IMG/VR virus record: IMGVR_UViG_3300024187_000002
Coordinates: 8,322-72,321 of that record
DNA length: 64,000 nucleotides
Origin: a virus
Lineage: Duplodnaviria > Caudoviricetes
Reading direction: 5' to 3' (one strand)
In this document: piece by piece, positions 1 through 9,505 of the stretch
How positions within the stretch are numbered: the first letter of the stretch is position 1
How the letters are laid out: every line of letters starts with the position of its first letter
Translations under genes and position numbers: made by a program
Notes under the pieces: model-generated
The model's input: the letters and a program-made list of their open reading frames with translations, nothing else
Told to the model about the DNA's origin: nothing
The model's database searches: none

Positions 1-2
1 CT

Positions 3-518
3 TACTATCCATCTAACCCGTCGTATGTTCAAAGGATTGTAGAATTCCGCGAGATTGCAGACATGAATTTTGACTGGGGCCTGCCGGTCAATATTTCATC
101 TTACCTTTACACCGATGGCTCTAACTGCACAGCAATGCGAATGGCGTTCTACTATCAGGATGACGGATCGCGGTGGGTTAGAGTTTTGCCGCAGCCGGGA
201 TTGCAAGCTAGTTATTTAGTGACCTTTGCTAGTGGCGACTGGACGAGCGCGGCGGCATTAGAAAGCTCTGCTGTCCTCACTCAATTTCATTCGTTAATCG
301 AAATTTGGGCTTCTCAATCTATCCTTCCTTCGTGCCGATGGTGGGACGAAGAAGAAAAGAATATCGTTCATCGCAAAGAAATCGCCGCTGCATTGGAAAA
401 TGACAAACTAAGAATCAGTGATGAATTTGACCGTTACTGTAGAAATTTAATCCAAGACCACATGACCATTCGATCTTCTAGTATGGACGACGACGGGATC
501 GGCATGTGGGGATACTAG
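3..518 (+). CDS. Virion structural protein, head-tail joining region (5' truncated)
   Basis: The frame of ORF 63..518 is open back to position 3 (YYPSNPSYVQRIVEFREIADM...). It is the first gene of the structural operon; function is inferred from position only. Confidence 0.5.
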   Translation, partial: YYPSNPSYVQRIVEFREIADMNFDWGLPVNISSYLYTDGSNCTAMRMAFYYQDDGSRWVRVLPQPGLQASYLVTFASGDWTSAAALESSAVLTQFHSLIEIWASQSILPSCRWWDEEEKNIVHRKEIAAALENDKLRISDEFDRYCRNLIQDHMTIRSSSMDDDGIGMWGY

Positions 519-539
519 AACTGTTAGCATTGTACCGCT

Positions 540-1271
540 ATGAGCGTTGCGACACATATTATCTTACGAGAGGCAGCGGTGAGATGCAATGCGCTTGTGG
601 GTGCTACTGCTGCTGCGCTTGAACTGACCTACGCAGCATTGCCGCTCACTGATGCCGATTTCCAATCTTCGATTTTTCCCTTTACGGCGTTCTTAGATCA
701 AGAGACGGGGAGCATCGCTCGCTTTGCGGATATTATTTCTAGCACCGGAAACCATCCGTGGCGATCTTTTGTAGGACTGACAGTAACAGACACGCTGGAT
801 AGTGGCGATGTAATGCCCTCTGTTGGCACGAACGGCGATCCGATTATAGGTATCTACGGATCGGTTTTAGACGCGGACGATCAAACGATTGTTTGCACTG
901 AATACCCTGAACAAGTTATTAGGCGACGAAATAATAATTTAGCTATCTGGACGATTCCTGTCTATGGATTCAAGATGTCAGGGGATGGAATCGTCCACAC
1001 TCGGCCTAATGGCGTAGCGGTTCAGGTATGCACGTTCAACTGGGATTCTATCGCCGCTATCGTGGCGGCAAACGGTGATTTACCCTTACCTGATTCTCTC
1101 GCTAATGCAATTTGTTATGACATGGTAGGAGCATTGGTAAGAGACGATGAGTTTGTCACACAGTCGGCGATTTATCGCAAGTATGCAGACAATGCAGAGA
1201 TGTCGATTCGGCAAGGATTAACTTCAGTGAGTGAACAATCAATAGCGGGGCCAACATTAATCAATTCGTAG
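540..1271 (+). CDS. Putative head-tail adaptor / virion structural protein
   Basis: 243-aa ORF in the structural operon; size and synteny only. Confidence 0.45.
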   Translation: MSVATHIILREAAVRCNALVGATAAALELTYAALPLTDADFQSSIFPFTAFLDQETGSIARFADIISSTGNHPWRSFVGLTVTDTLDSGDVMPSVGTNGDPIIGIYGSVLDADDQTIVCTEYPEQVIRRRNNNLAIWTIPVYGFKMSGDGIVHTRPNGVAVQVCTFNWDSIAAIVAANGDLPLPDSLANAICYDMVGALVRDDEFVTQSAIYRKYADNAEMSIRQGLTSVSEQSIAGPTLINS

Positions 1272-1364
1272 TGGAGCATTGCATGACTCAATCTGTTTTC
1301 GATAATAGCGAGCCAAGCAATCGCGGAATTATAGCATAAGCCCACAGGTAATTACGGTTTAATT

Positions 1365-1961
1365 ATGGCCTTCAGCTATCAGACTTTGATCGATCTGGCG
1401 TTACAGCAAGCTCTTGCGGGCGGCGATCAGTTAAGGTCTGCCTTACTTGACGCAGACATGACAATGGAATCGCTGGTTCAGACTGTATTCCAAAATGTCG
1501 CGCTTCAAAAAGCCGCAGATCAAGAAGGGCGCGGCCTTTTACGACGAACCCACACGCTAGCCGTGACGAACGGTGTTGCAACTCTACCCGATACTGTGTT
1601 GACTCAATGTAAATACGGGGCCTCGATTTCTGATCCTGATAACATCGCGGTAGCGCAAGCTCAATCAATGGTGGAGTATTGGCAGGACTTTGTTCAGCCT
1701 AGGGTTGGAATCTTTGCTCAGCCTGCATGGTGGATTATCAAGGGCGACGATGATTTCCACTACATCCAACCGAACGAGAACTACGATCCGTCCACTGGAT
1801 TTACAGGCAGTTTGGAGTTAACGATTGCCAGCGTGCCGGAAGTTCCCGCCGGCGCAAGTGACACGGTTGATGTTGTTGCTGAAGTGTTTAGTGATTTGGT
1901 GAGCGCGTTAGCAGTAGCGATTCGCGGGTTAATAGATCGACAACAACCGAAGGCGGCATAA
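1365..1961 (+). CDS. Putative tail adaptor (tail tubular protein A-like)
   Basis: 198 aa, helical N- and C-termini, directly before a 769-aa beta-rich protein as in podovirus adaptor/nozzle pairs. Confidence 0.45.
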   Translation: MAFSYQTLIDLALQQALAGGDQLRSALLDADMTMESLVQTVFQNVALQKAADQEGRGLLRRTHTLAVTNGVATLPDTVLTQCKYGASISDPDNIAVAQAQSMVEYWQDFVQPRVGIFAQPAWWIIKGDDDFHYIQPNENYDPSTGFTGSLELTIASVPEVPAGASDTVDVVAEVFSDLVSALAVAIRGLIDRQQPKAA

Positions 1962-4271
1962 GTGGGCAACAATCTTCCAACGCGAACCATTAGACCCTCC
2001 GCGTTTTATCCAACGCAACCTAAATCGGGTAATGTTAATAACGACGTTCTTTACCGAATGGAAAACGCGATTATTCAAGGGAATCACCCGCTTACCTATG
2101 TTCAGAGCTATGCAGGTTCATTAAGCTATTCAGAAACGATAGCTACTGCTGATCTTACGGGCACTTTAACAGCCACTTCAGGCTCAACCACGGTTACGGG
2201 ATCGGGAACGGCGTTTACTACCGAACTAAATCCCGGTCAATATGTGTTGGCGGTAAACACCTCGACACACGCATCTTATCTTCTGGTAGTCCGTCGTATT
2301 GTGTCAGACACGTCTTTTGTCTGCTGGAAAACTCCGACAAGCTCAAAGTCGGGGATGACCGGTAAGAGACTACCGGTAATTTTTACGGTAGACCAAGATC
2401 GAGGCACTCAGATATTCGGCAACACTATCAGGCTGGATCGAGGCACGCTGCTCTCCGCTGGGCAGGGCACATTTCGACTAAACGGATCGGCGTTAAGCGC
2501 GAGCCTGTCTGTGACTCGCGCGCCTAAGATTTCTCTCTACAACTCAGGTGCTGGGACGTATACCAATTTCCCGTTAGGAATGAACCTTTCGTCCGTAACA
2601 ATTTCTGCCGCGACTAATGCGGCGGCTGCGGTGCTGACGGTAAATAATCACGGGCTGTCTACGGGAGATGGCATAACAATCTCAGGAGCAACAGGAAACT
2701 GGACGGCGATAAATGGTTCGTGGACAATTACAGTTCTAAGTGTAAACACTTTTTCAATTCCGGTTGATTCTACAGCCTTTGGGGCGCTGACTGGCACTCC
2801 GGTTTTCCCTTCACGACCTACGTTGGTAGCTGTAGCGGGTGGCACAAAAAACATGAGGGCGGGTCAGTATTCAGTTGTTATCGCTCCGGCTAGAACTCAA
2901 ACCCTTGGCTATAACAATCCATCTCAAAGAGCCGTTGTTACCCTTACGGATAATCAGCGAATTCAAATTACCTTTCCGCCAATGGACACAACCAACGGAC
3001 AGAATGCTTGGCTAGTGGGAGTAACGCTGTTTGCGAGCACGTTAGGGGCCGATCTGAACTACTTGGAAGGTCCGTGGTACATATTGGATCAATTCACAGG
3101 CAGTACGTCAGGATTTACAGCTTACATCGAATGGTACGATGCGGAAGTTGAACGAATGAATTTAATCACCTTCGACAACGATCCGCCCCCGGCAGCTAAT
3201 TTTGTGGTAATGCTGAATAATGTTCCTGTGTGGGTTTCCTGTCAGGGATTAAACGGATCGTCGCCGGGGCCGTTTATTTTCCCAGCTAAGCCGGGAAACA
3301 TCGAAGCCGCGCCAGCAATATTGGCGTTTTCATCTTCACCGCCGGAAGTGATTCTTGGTGTTATCTCCGCTGACGGTAGAGCGTATTTACCTACTGCAAA
3401 TAATCTTCTAATTTCTCAAGGCACTCCACAATCAGATGTGCCAGTTTTAATCAGACCATTTTGGTCTGTGGGCTTTACAGGGCCAGATCAAATTGTCTTT
3501 GTAAATAAAACTCTCTACGGCCATTCAGTGCAAGGCCCAACCCGCTCTGCGCCTGACGGTGTTCCCGGCTCGGAAGAGATGGACTTCGCCATTCCGGTTT
3601 CTGAGATTACTGACAGTTGGATTGCCGGAGACGTGAAGGTTGCCTACGATCCGATTAACAATGCGGTGTGTTTTATTCATGCCAGCGACTCGCTCAATTC
3701 ATCTGGATTTTGGACGACAAAGGTTCTCATGTACGGATTGCGTCAAGAGGCATGGATCGGGAGTGTTGTGTTGTCTTCTACTACTCAAGACATGATCGTC
3801 TGTGGCGCGGCGATGGTAAGCAACACTCTCACCTTATTGGTGGGCGGTAGGCAATCTGACGATTCTGTGAGCATTGGGACTTACGCGTGGAATCAAGCAG
3901 CGGGTGCGGCTGTGGCTTGGTATGTCGCCACTAACTTTTCGGATTACGATGATGAATTGAGATCGCATACAGTTAAGCGATTTCGCGTTACGGGCAAAAC
4001 CACCAGCGGATCGGGGGGTGTTTTTGGAGCGCAGCCGTCGGAATCGATCCCTGTTGCGTCTTTGGAAGCGGGAAACTCATCTAGTCTTACTGGGGCCGTG
4101 TCAATCGCCAACACTTCTACCGTAGCCCAAAGTCAGCAGTTCCAAGTCAACTGTCCGAACTTGGCGCAATCAGCTTTAAGAATTCAAGGCACGTACAACG
4201 GTAGCGATTCGGTATTGGATCGGGTCGATGAAATTGTCATTCAGAGCGCAGCGATTGGCGTAAGGATATAG
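1962..4271 (+). CDS. Putative tail nozzle/hub protein (tail tubular protein B / P22 gp10-like) with inserted beta-sandwich modules
   Basis: 769 aa, beta-propeller-like composition, podovirus synteny; contains a ubiquitin-activating-enzyme-FCCH-like virion module (TVNNHGLSTGDGITISGATGNWTAING). Confidence 0.55.
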   Translation: MGNNLPTRTIRPSAFYPTQPKSGNVNNDVLYRMENAIIQGNHPLTYVQSYAGSLSYSETIATADLTGTLTATSGSTTVTGSGTAFTTELNPGQYVLAVNTSTHASYLLVVRRIVSDTSFVCWKTPTSSKSGMTGKRLPVIFTVDQDRGTQIFGNTIRLDRGTLLSAGQGTFRLNGSALSASLSVTRAPKISLYNSGAGTYTNFPLGMNLSSVTISAATNAAAAVLTVNNHGLSTGDGITISGATGNWTAINGSWTITVLSVNTFSIPVDSTAFGALTGTPVFPSRPTLVAVAGGTKNMRAGQYSVVIAPARTQTLGYNNPSQRAVVTLTDNQRIQITFPPMDTTNGQNAWLVGVTLFASTLGADLNYLEGPWYILDQFTGSTSGFTAYIEWYDAEVERMNLITFDNDPPPAANFVVMLNNVPVWVSCQGLNGSSPGPFIFPAKPGNIEAAPAILAFSSSPPEVILGVISADGRAYLPTANNLLISQGTPQSDVPVLIRPFWSVGFTGPDQIVFVNKTLYGHSVQGPTRSAPDGVPGSEEMDFAIPVSEITDSWIAGDVKVAYDPINNAVCFIHASDSLNSSGFWTTKVLMYGLRQEAWIGSVVLSSTTQDMIVCGAAMVSNTLTLLVGGRQSDDSVSIGTYAWNQAAGAAVAWYVATNFSDYDDELRSHTVKRFRVTGKTTSGSGGVFGAQPSESIPVASLEAGNSSSLTGAVSIANTSTVAQSQQFQVNCPNLAQSALRIQGTYNGSDSVLDRVDEIVIQSAAIGVRI

Positions 4272-4274
4272 ACG

Positions 4275-7091
4275 TTGGCTGATGTATACAACAACACGGA
4301 TGTTCAATATGACTCTTATTTAGAGCCAGAGATAGATCCGTTTGTCCAGCAGATTCTTGCCACGACTGCAATCACGAACCTCAACGGGATTACCGGCCCG
4401 ATGATTACTTTAGCAGGCGGAACGTCCGGATTTTCATATGCACCTTCAGGCTCGACGATTACTTTGGTTGGGCCACTCACAACTAAAGGTGATATTTATA
4501 CCTACGGAACTGCTGGCACACGATTTGGAGTTGGCACTGACGGACAAGTATTAACGGCTGATTCTGCTTCTTCACAAGGGCTTAAGTGGGTAACGCCGGG
4601 AGCAGGAATAGGTACAGTCACATCCGTTTCGGTAGTCACTGCAAATGGCGTTAGCGGCACAGTTGCGAACCCGACTACAACTCCGGCGATCACTTTAACA
4701 CTAGGCGCGATCACTCCATCCAGCGTTGCGATTGGAGGCATAGCTGCGACGTGGCCCCTTTCAGTTCGGGGAACCACATCAAACAATACCGCTGTCTTTG
4801 CCACAGATGATTTCGTCCTATCTAGTGTTGGCACGGCTCTCAATGTCGGTTTTGGAGCGTCTACAGGCAATACAAATGGTGCTATCCAAGCCGCGAGTAG
4901 TGGGGCGACCGCTAACGCTGCGCTTGTGCTCAATCCGAATGGCGGTAACGTTGGCGTTGGCGTAGTTCCAGCAACCTCAGCCATTCTAGAGTTGTCCTCG
5001 ACTATGGGCGCGTTGCTCGTGTCCCGCATGACCACAACTCAACGCGATGCGTTAACGGCTGTAAATGGAATGCTCATTTACAACTCGACGCTATCGAAGT
5101 TCCAAAGTTATGAAGCGGGGGCGTGGGTTACAGCAACCAATGCGGCGATAGTTCCAAATACCGCGCCTTCAGCCGGACAGATTCTAGTTGGCAACGCCGG
5201 AGGGACAGCCTACGCGCCTGTATCGATGAGTGGCGATGCGACGTTAGCCAGCACCGGCGCGTTGACTCTTGCTTCTGTTATCACAGCAGGTGGCCCAACC
5301 GGAGATGCTACGCATGTTCCCCAAATCACTTACGACGCTAAAGGCAGACTGACGACGGTTTCCAGTATTCTCATTACCGGCACCGCACCGGGAGGTAGTG
5401 CAGGAGGTGATCTCAGCGGTACTTATCCAAACCCAACAGTTGCGAAAATCAACGGCGCAACTCTGGGAACAACGACAGCTACCAGTGGGAACGTCCTAAT
5501 CGGATCGGGATCGCAGTGGGCAACTCAAGCTATTAGCGGTTCGGGCGCAACCATCACGTTAGGCTCCACAGGTGTGATAACTATTAGCGCCATCGCAAAT
5601 GCGAGTCTCTCAAATTCATCGATTACGATTAACGGTACGTCAGTTAGCTTGGGGGGCACTCGCACGCTGACTCTCGCATCGTCTGACTTCGTTAATCAAG
5701 GGACTACCACGACAATCCTGCATGGCAACGCGGCGGGTAATCCTTCATTCGGGCAGATCGTCAACGCAGATATTACTAATTCGACGATTGACCTGACTGC
5801 GAAAGTGACTGGAATCCTACCGTCTGCGAATGGTGGCTCGGCTAACGCTTTCTTCGCCGTGTCCGGGCCTGCCGCGTCCGTAAAGACCTTCACGTTTCCG
5901 AATGCCAGCGCCACGGTGTTAACTGACAATGCCGCGGTAACGGCGGCTCAGGGTGGCACTGGAATCGCGAGCTACGCAGTCGGCGATATTCTCTATGCCT
6001 CTGCCTCAACGACGCTAAGCAAGCTGGCTGACGTGGCAGCGGGAAGCTATCTTCGATCAGGCGGCGTAACAACTGCGCCCGTATGGAGCACGACCACGCT
6101 CCCGAATAGTGCCACAACCGGCGACATTCTCTACGCTTCAGCGTCAAACGTCTATTCAAATCTTGCTGATGTCGCAGCAGGTTCTTACTTACGATCCGGC
6201 GGAACATCGACTGCGCCTGTGTGGAGTACAACGACACTTCCTAACAGTGCGACGACTGGTGACTTGCTCTATGCCTCGGCTTCTAATGTTTACTCGAACC
6301 TTGCTGATGTTGCGGCTGGTTCTTATCTACGTTCAGGTGGTACGTCTACTGCGCCGTTATGGTCAACGTTGATCCTGCCGAACTCAGTTACGGCGGGGAG
6401 CATTGTCTACGGTAGCGCCACTAACACCTACGGACAGGACAACGCGAATTTGTTTTGGGACGGAACCAATCACCGTCTTGGTATTGGTTCGACCGCGCCC
6501 ACTTCTAGACTTCACGTAGACGCGGCGGGCGGCACTACTGCCGATGAGATTGCGACCTATTTCCAGAGCGGCACGTTTGCGAATATCCGCGGCTCGATCT
6601 TGCACGGCGGTAACGCGGGCGGCTATTTATCGGTTGGCGGGTTGCAGATCATGGCGCAGGGGGCAGCCAACAGCGTGAGCGGATCGGGTGATATTAACTT
6701 CCTTACGCCCGTTTCAAACTCTGCTAATAACAGCACCGACGCTACGCTTACTCTGCAAATGAAGATAAGCAACGTCGGTGTCGTAAAGATTGGCGGCACG
6801 GCTAGTCGGGGCACGACTGAAGGCACGAATCAGTTGGCGATTTTCAATGGCACAGCACCGGCTGGAACATTGACTAACGGAGCATCGTTTTTCTGCGCGG
6901 GTGGGGAAATGAAGGTGATCGATTCAGGGGGGACGATTACTCAAATTTCGCCCCATGACTCTGACGGGTATTGGGTATTTGATTCCACAAACTCGGTTAA
7001 GCATACCCGTCTCTTAATTGACGTAGAGAAACTACTGCGAGCAATGAACGATTATTTAGGCACTGATTTTGTTCACGATCTTGCTGCGTGA
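4275..7091 (+). CDS. Tail fibre protein
   Basis: 938 aa, Gly/Ser/Thr/Ala-rich, with fibre motifs (LTTKGDIYTY, GQVLTADS, GDILYASA repeats); TTG start. Confidence 0.85.
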   Translation: MADVYNNTDVQYDSYLEPEIDPFVQQILATTAITNLNGITGPMITLAGGTSGFSYAPSGSTITLVGPLTTKGDIYTYGTAGTRFGVGTDGQVLTADSASSQGLKWVTPGAGIGTVTSVSVVTANGVSGTVANPTTTPAITLTLGAITPSSVAIGGIAATWPLSVRGTTSNNTAVFATDDFVLSSVGTALNVGFGASTGNTNGAIQAASSGATANAALVLNPNGGNVGVGVVPATSAILELSSTMGALLVSRMTTTQRDALTAVNGMLIYNSTLSKFQSYEAGAWVTATNAAIVPNTAPSAGQILVGNAGGTAYAPVSMSGDATLASTGALTLASVITAGGPTGDATHVPQITYDAKGRLTTVSSILITGTAPGGSAGGDLSGTYPNPTVAKINGATLGTTTATSGNVLIGSGSQWATQAISGSGATITLGSTGVITISAIANASLSNSSITINGTSVSLGGTRTLTLASSDFVNQGTTTTILHGNAAGNPSFGQIVNADITNSTIDLTAKVTGILPSANGGSANAFFAVSGPAASVKTFTFPNASATVLTDNAAVTAAQGGTGIASYAVGDILYASASTTLSKLADVAAGSYLRSGGVTTAPVWSTTTLPNSATTGDILYASASNVYSNLADVAAGSYLRSGGTSTAPVWSTTTLPNSATTGDLLYASASNVYSNLADVAAGSYLRSGGTSTAPLWSTLILPNSVTAGSIVYGSATNTYGQDNANLFWDGTNHRLGIGSTAPTSRLHVDAAGGTTADEIATYFQSGTFANIRGSILHGGNAGGYLSVGGLQIMAQGAANSVSGSGDINFLTPVSNSANNSTDATLTLQMKISNVGVVKIGGTASRGTTEGTNQLAIFNGTAPAGTLTNGASFFCAGGEMKVIDSGGTITQISPHDSDGYWVFDSTNSVKHTRLLIDVEKLLRAMNDYLGTDFVHDLAA
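5982..6395 (+). repeat. Three tandem 138-bp (46-aa) repeats within the tail fibre
   Basis: GD(I/L)LYASAS..S.LADVAAGSYLRSGG..TAP.WS...LPNS.T units start at 5982, 6120 and 6258 and differ mostly at synonymous positions. Confidence 0.9.
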
Positions 7092-7104
7092 ATCGTGCTA
7101 AGAA

Positions 7105-7470
7105 GTGTTTTTACGATTTCAGATTTCCTTCACGGGCGGCGTAAAATTGGCAAACATCGGCGGGACACAAATAATCGACGCGGTAGCCGGAACAACGGTA
7201 ACGATCACAATCGACGCCACGATTCCGCACACGGTTGCGAGATGGACTGCGGCACAAACTACCACGATAAATATCTCGGGTACGCCAGTTGACGGCCAAG
7301 AGCTAACGCTGATTGTCCTGAACGATGGAGTATTACCGCGAGTGTTGACGTTGGGGACAGGATTAGTAGGGATGGGGATAATTACTGGAGTCCTCAGCAA
7401 ACGAAGCGTGATACTATTTGTTGCTTCAGGGGGAGTCTTTTATGAAGTAACTAGGAGCGTTGGTCTATGA
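7105..7470 (+). CDS. Small beta-rich virion/fibre-associated protein
   Basis: 121 aa, follows the fibre gene; composition and synteny. Confidence 0.5.
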   Translation: MFLRFQISFTGGVKLANIGGTQIIDAVAGTTVTITIDATIPHTVARWTAAQTTTINISGTPVDGQELTLIVLNDGVLPRVLTLGTGLVGMGIITGVLSKRSVILFVASGGVFYEVTRSVGL

Positions 7471-7679
7471 GACAGAGACGAGCACAGAAGCCAGACGTGG
7501 AAAAGCTGGCAATGGAAGCAAAAGCCAAGCGAGTTAAGGAGTGTGGCGATGCCGTCCAAAAGGTTTTGGCTCAGTATGAATGCAGGCTATTCACCGCTTT
7601 AGGCGCAGGACAACAGCCAATAGAACTTAGAGACATTGCGGGACTACCAGTTTTAATCCAATTAGGTTCAACTAAGTGA
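7467..7679 (+). CDS. Hypothetical protein
   Basis: ATGA overlap with the upstream gene; helical 70-aa ORF. Confidence 0.55.
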   Translation: MRQRRAQKPDVEKLAMEAKAKRVKECGDAVQKVLAQYECRLFTALGAGQQPIELRDIAGLPVLIQLGSTK

Positions 7680-8176
7680 ACATTCGCAGGCTTGATCCAA
7701 TTAAAGACCGGGGATGCTTCGTGGATGCGTGGCGTTGGGAGGCTCGTGCCCCTCGTTGGTTTCGCGATGCTGATAAAGTGTTTGGGCCGCAAACCTTTGA
7801 AGATTTTCTTGAAAGCTCTAAAGAGTTTGAACGTGCGACGTTCGGGATATTTGATGAGCATCTAGCGGGACTGATTATCTTCACTCTCAAGGGATCGTCG
7901 GTTGAAGTGGATTTAATGGCGCGGCCTAAAACGTCACGTGAAACCATTTTAATCGGGGCAAGTATTCTACGCGAACAAATCTTTGCTGATTTAGACATTC
8001 AGGAACTATATGTATGGCTTCCGAGAAAAAACTACCCCACTAGAAAATTATGTGGCATACTAGGTTTCCGTGAGACTGGGTTGACATTAATTCGGGGAAC
8101 ATACCGAGAAAAAGTAATTGAATGGCTACACCTTAATCTCACACGAGAGGCTATAGCGATGCGATTAGCCGCTTGA
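7676..8176 (+). CDS. GNAT-fold acetyltransferase-like protein
   Basis: C-terminal WLPRKNYPTRKLCGILGFRETG resembles the GNAT N..S.RL..KLGF..EG motif; position before internal virion proteins as in podoviruses. Confidence 0.65.
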   Translation: MNIRRLDPIKDRGCFVDAWRWEARAPRWFRDADKVFGPQTFEDFLESSKEFERATFGIFDEHLAGLIIFTLKGSSVEVDLMARPKTSRETILIGASILREQIFADLDIQELYVWLPRKNYPTRKLCGILGFRETGLTLIRGTYREKVIEWLHLNLTREAIAMRLAA

Positions 8177-8254
8177 TAATTTAAGCTTTATCGAGTTGAG
8201 TTCTCGAAGGGCCGTGCGTAATCGATTAGATCGAGCGTACGGCCCTTTCTGTTT

Positions 8255-8914
8255 ATGGGGAAAAAAACCACAAAAACGACGCAGAATCAAACGCAATCGT
8301 TTAATAACGCTAATACGTACGGCCAGATTACGCCTCAAGACACTCAAGATACCCAGAACTTCCGCGCTTGGAATCCCCAGATTGATCCGGGCCTTGCTTC
8401 TCAGTATGGTAATGCAAAGAATCAGTTTACTTCTTCATTCAATAATCCCCTTGGGGGATATCAAACAGCGCAAACCCGTGACGCTCAACAGCGAACAGGG
8501 CTGCGCCAGTTGAATCAAGATGAAGCTCAAGCATTTAGAAGCGGATCGTATGATGTAAATAATCAGAAGGCCGGACAGCTAGGAAGTCTAGCTGCTCTTA
8601 CCGCGCCCCGTATTTTGCAAACGGGAAGTAGCGGAAGCGGAACAGGTTCAGGAACATCAACTCAGGTTCAATCAGGAGACTTGTTAGGTCAGCTTATTGG
8701 CGCAGGGTCACAGGTAGGGAGTGCCGCCTTGTTGACCCTTACGCTATGCTGCGGGCTTTTCGTTTATAGTAGGACGCTAGACAAGCGGCCCGTTGCTTAT
8801 CGCGCCGCGGATCATCTGACGGCATCCGCTGCCAAAATCTGCGAGCAGACGCACGGCTGCAAATTCGACAATCTCGGCCACCCCTCTTGCGAGGTTTTGT
8901 ATTCTCAGGGGTAA
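8255..8914 (+). CDS. Internal virion (DNA ejection) protein; C-terminus extended by the HNH insertion
   Basis: MGKKTTKTTQ start, Q/N/S/G-rich. After ...GSQVGSAA the ORF reads the antisense strand of the HNH gene; the likely native end (AAFSL*) lies at 9486-9503. Confidence 0.65.
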   Translation: MGKKTTKTTQNQTQSFNNANTYGQITPQDTQDTQNFRAWNPQIDPGLASQYGNAKNQFTSSFNNPLGGYQTAQTRDAQQRTGLRQLNQDEAQAFRSGSYDVNNQKAGQLGSLAALTAPRILQTGSSGSGTGSGTSTQVQSGDLLGQLIGAGSQVGSAALLTLTLCCGLFVYSRTLDKRPVAYRAADHLTASAAKICEQTHGCKFDNLGHPSCEVLYSQG

Positions 8915-9493
8915 ATTCATGGCCGTGGTCACAGTGAGTTTTTGCGGCATTTGTAACGGCGAAGCTAATACCGCGCATGACGTTTTCTTTGTTTGTTACG
9001 GGTTCTATGTGGACTGGATTGATACAGTGACGCACACGGCACAAATGATCGGATTGAAGCTCGGCAGGGATTGGCTCAACAACCAACCCATAGAGAAACC
9101 GATGGACGTGCACTACGCGCCGAGCCACACGCAAGTGCGCATACCCCGACGTTTTATGAATTGCGCCCGCCCACAGCCAGCAAGGCGTACCCTTAAAACT
9201 TACGCCAGCGTCGATTTTAATTTTAGGGAAAATCTGCTTAATCAGCCCGCTAGTCAGCCGTGTCGGCAGAGGCGGTTTTGGCTGTTGAAGCAACATTTTA
9301 CCGGCGACAGCGTGGCATTCCTTGCAAACTGCGCGCGGCTTGCCATTCGACTTGCGATAATAATCGCTAGTTGGTTTAGGAGTCTTACATTTACTACAAG
9401 GGGTGAGTTGAGTAGAATCGTCGATGGGCATGATCTGAAGTTACCTTTCAGCTTGTGTCTTGGCGACGTAAGGCTACAACCTTGCGCCGCCTT
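8723..9493 (-). mobile_element. HNH-only insertion cassette bounded by an 8-bp direct repeat
   Basis: GCCGCCTT at 8723-8730 and 9486-9493; imperfect subterminal inverted repeat (GTTGACCCTTACG at 8731-8743 vs CGTAAGGCTACAAC at 9469-9482); removal restores ...AGT GCC GCC TTT TCA TTA TAA C ATG. Confidence 0.6.
8739..9431 (-). CDS. HNH homing endonuclease (HNH_3 type) with Cys zinc fingers
   Basis: CWLWAG...GYA...HVHRFLY...DHLCRVRHCINPVHIEPVTNKEN...KTHCDHGHEFTPENT, plus an N-terminal CxxC...CxxC. Confidence 0.92.
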   Translation of the reverse strand: MPIDDSTQLTPCSKCKTPKPTSDYYRKSNGKPRAVCKECHAVAGKMLLQQPKPPLPTRLTSGLIKQIFPKIKIDAGVSFKGTPCWLWAGAIHKTSGYAHLRVARRVVHVHRFLYGLVVEPIPAELQSDHLCRVRHCINPVHIEPVTNKENVMRGISFAVTNAAKTHCDHGHEFTPENTKPRKRGGRDCRICSRASARRFWQRMPSDDPRRDKQRAACLASYYKRKARSIA

Positions 9494-9496
9494 TTC

Positions 9497-9505
9497 ATTA
9501 TAACA
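9497..9505 (-). promoter_or_regulatory. Extended -10 promoter (TGTTATAAT) pointing into the HNH gene
   Basis: The reverse complement of ATTATAACA reads TGnTATAAT, 66 bp upstream of the HNH start. Confidence 0.5.

Noticed and set aside
8731-9485. Self-splicing intron or ribosomal bypass restoring the ejection gene
   Set aside because: The HNH fills almost the whole insert on the antisense strand, leaving no ribozyme core; no U/omega-G splice junction fits; no stop follows the putative take-off codon.
8919-9503. 194-aa + strand ORF
   Set aside because: Antisense shadow of the HNH gene; only its last codons (AAFSL*) are meaningful, as the displaced gene end.
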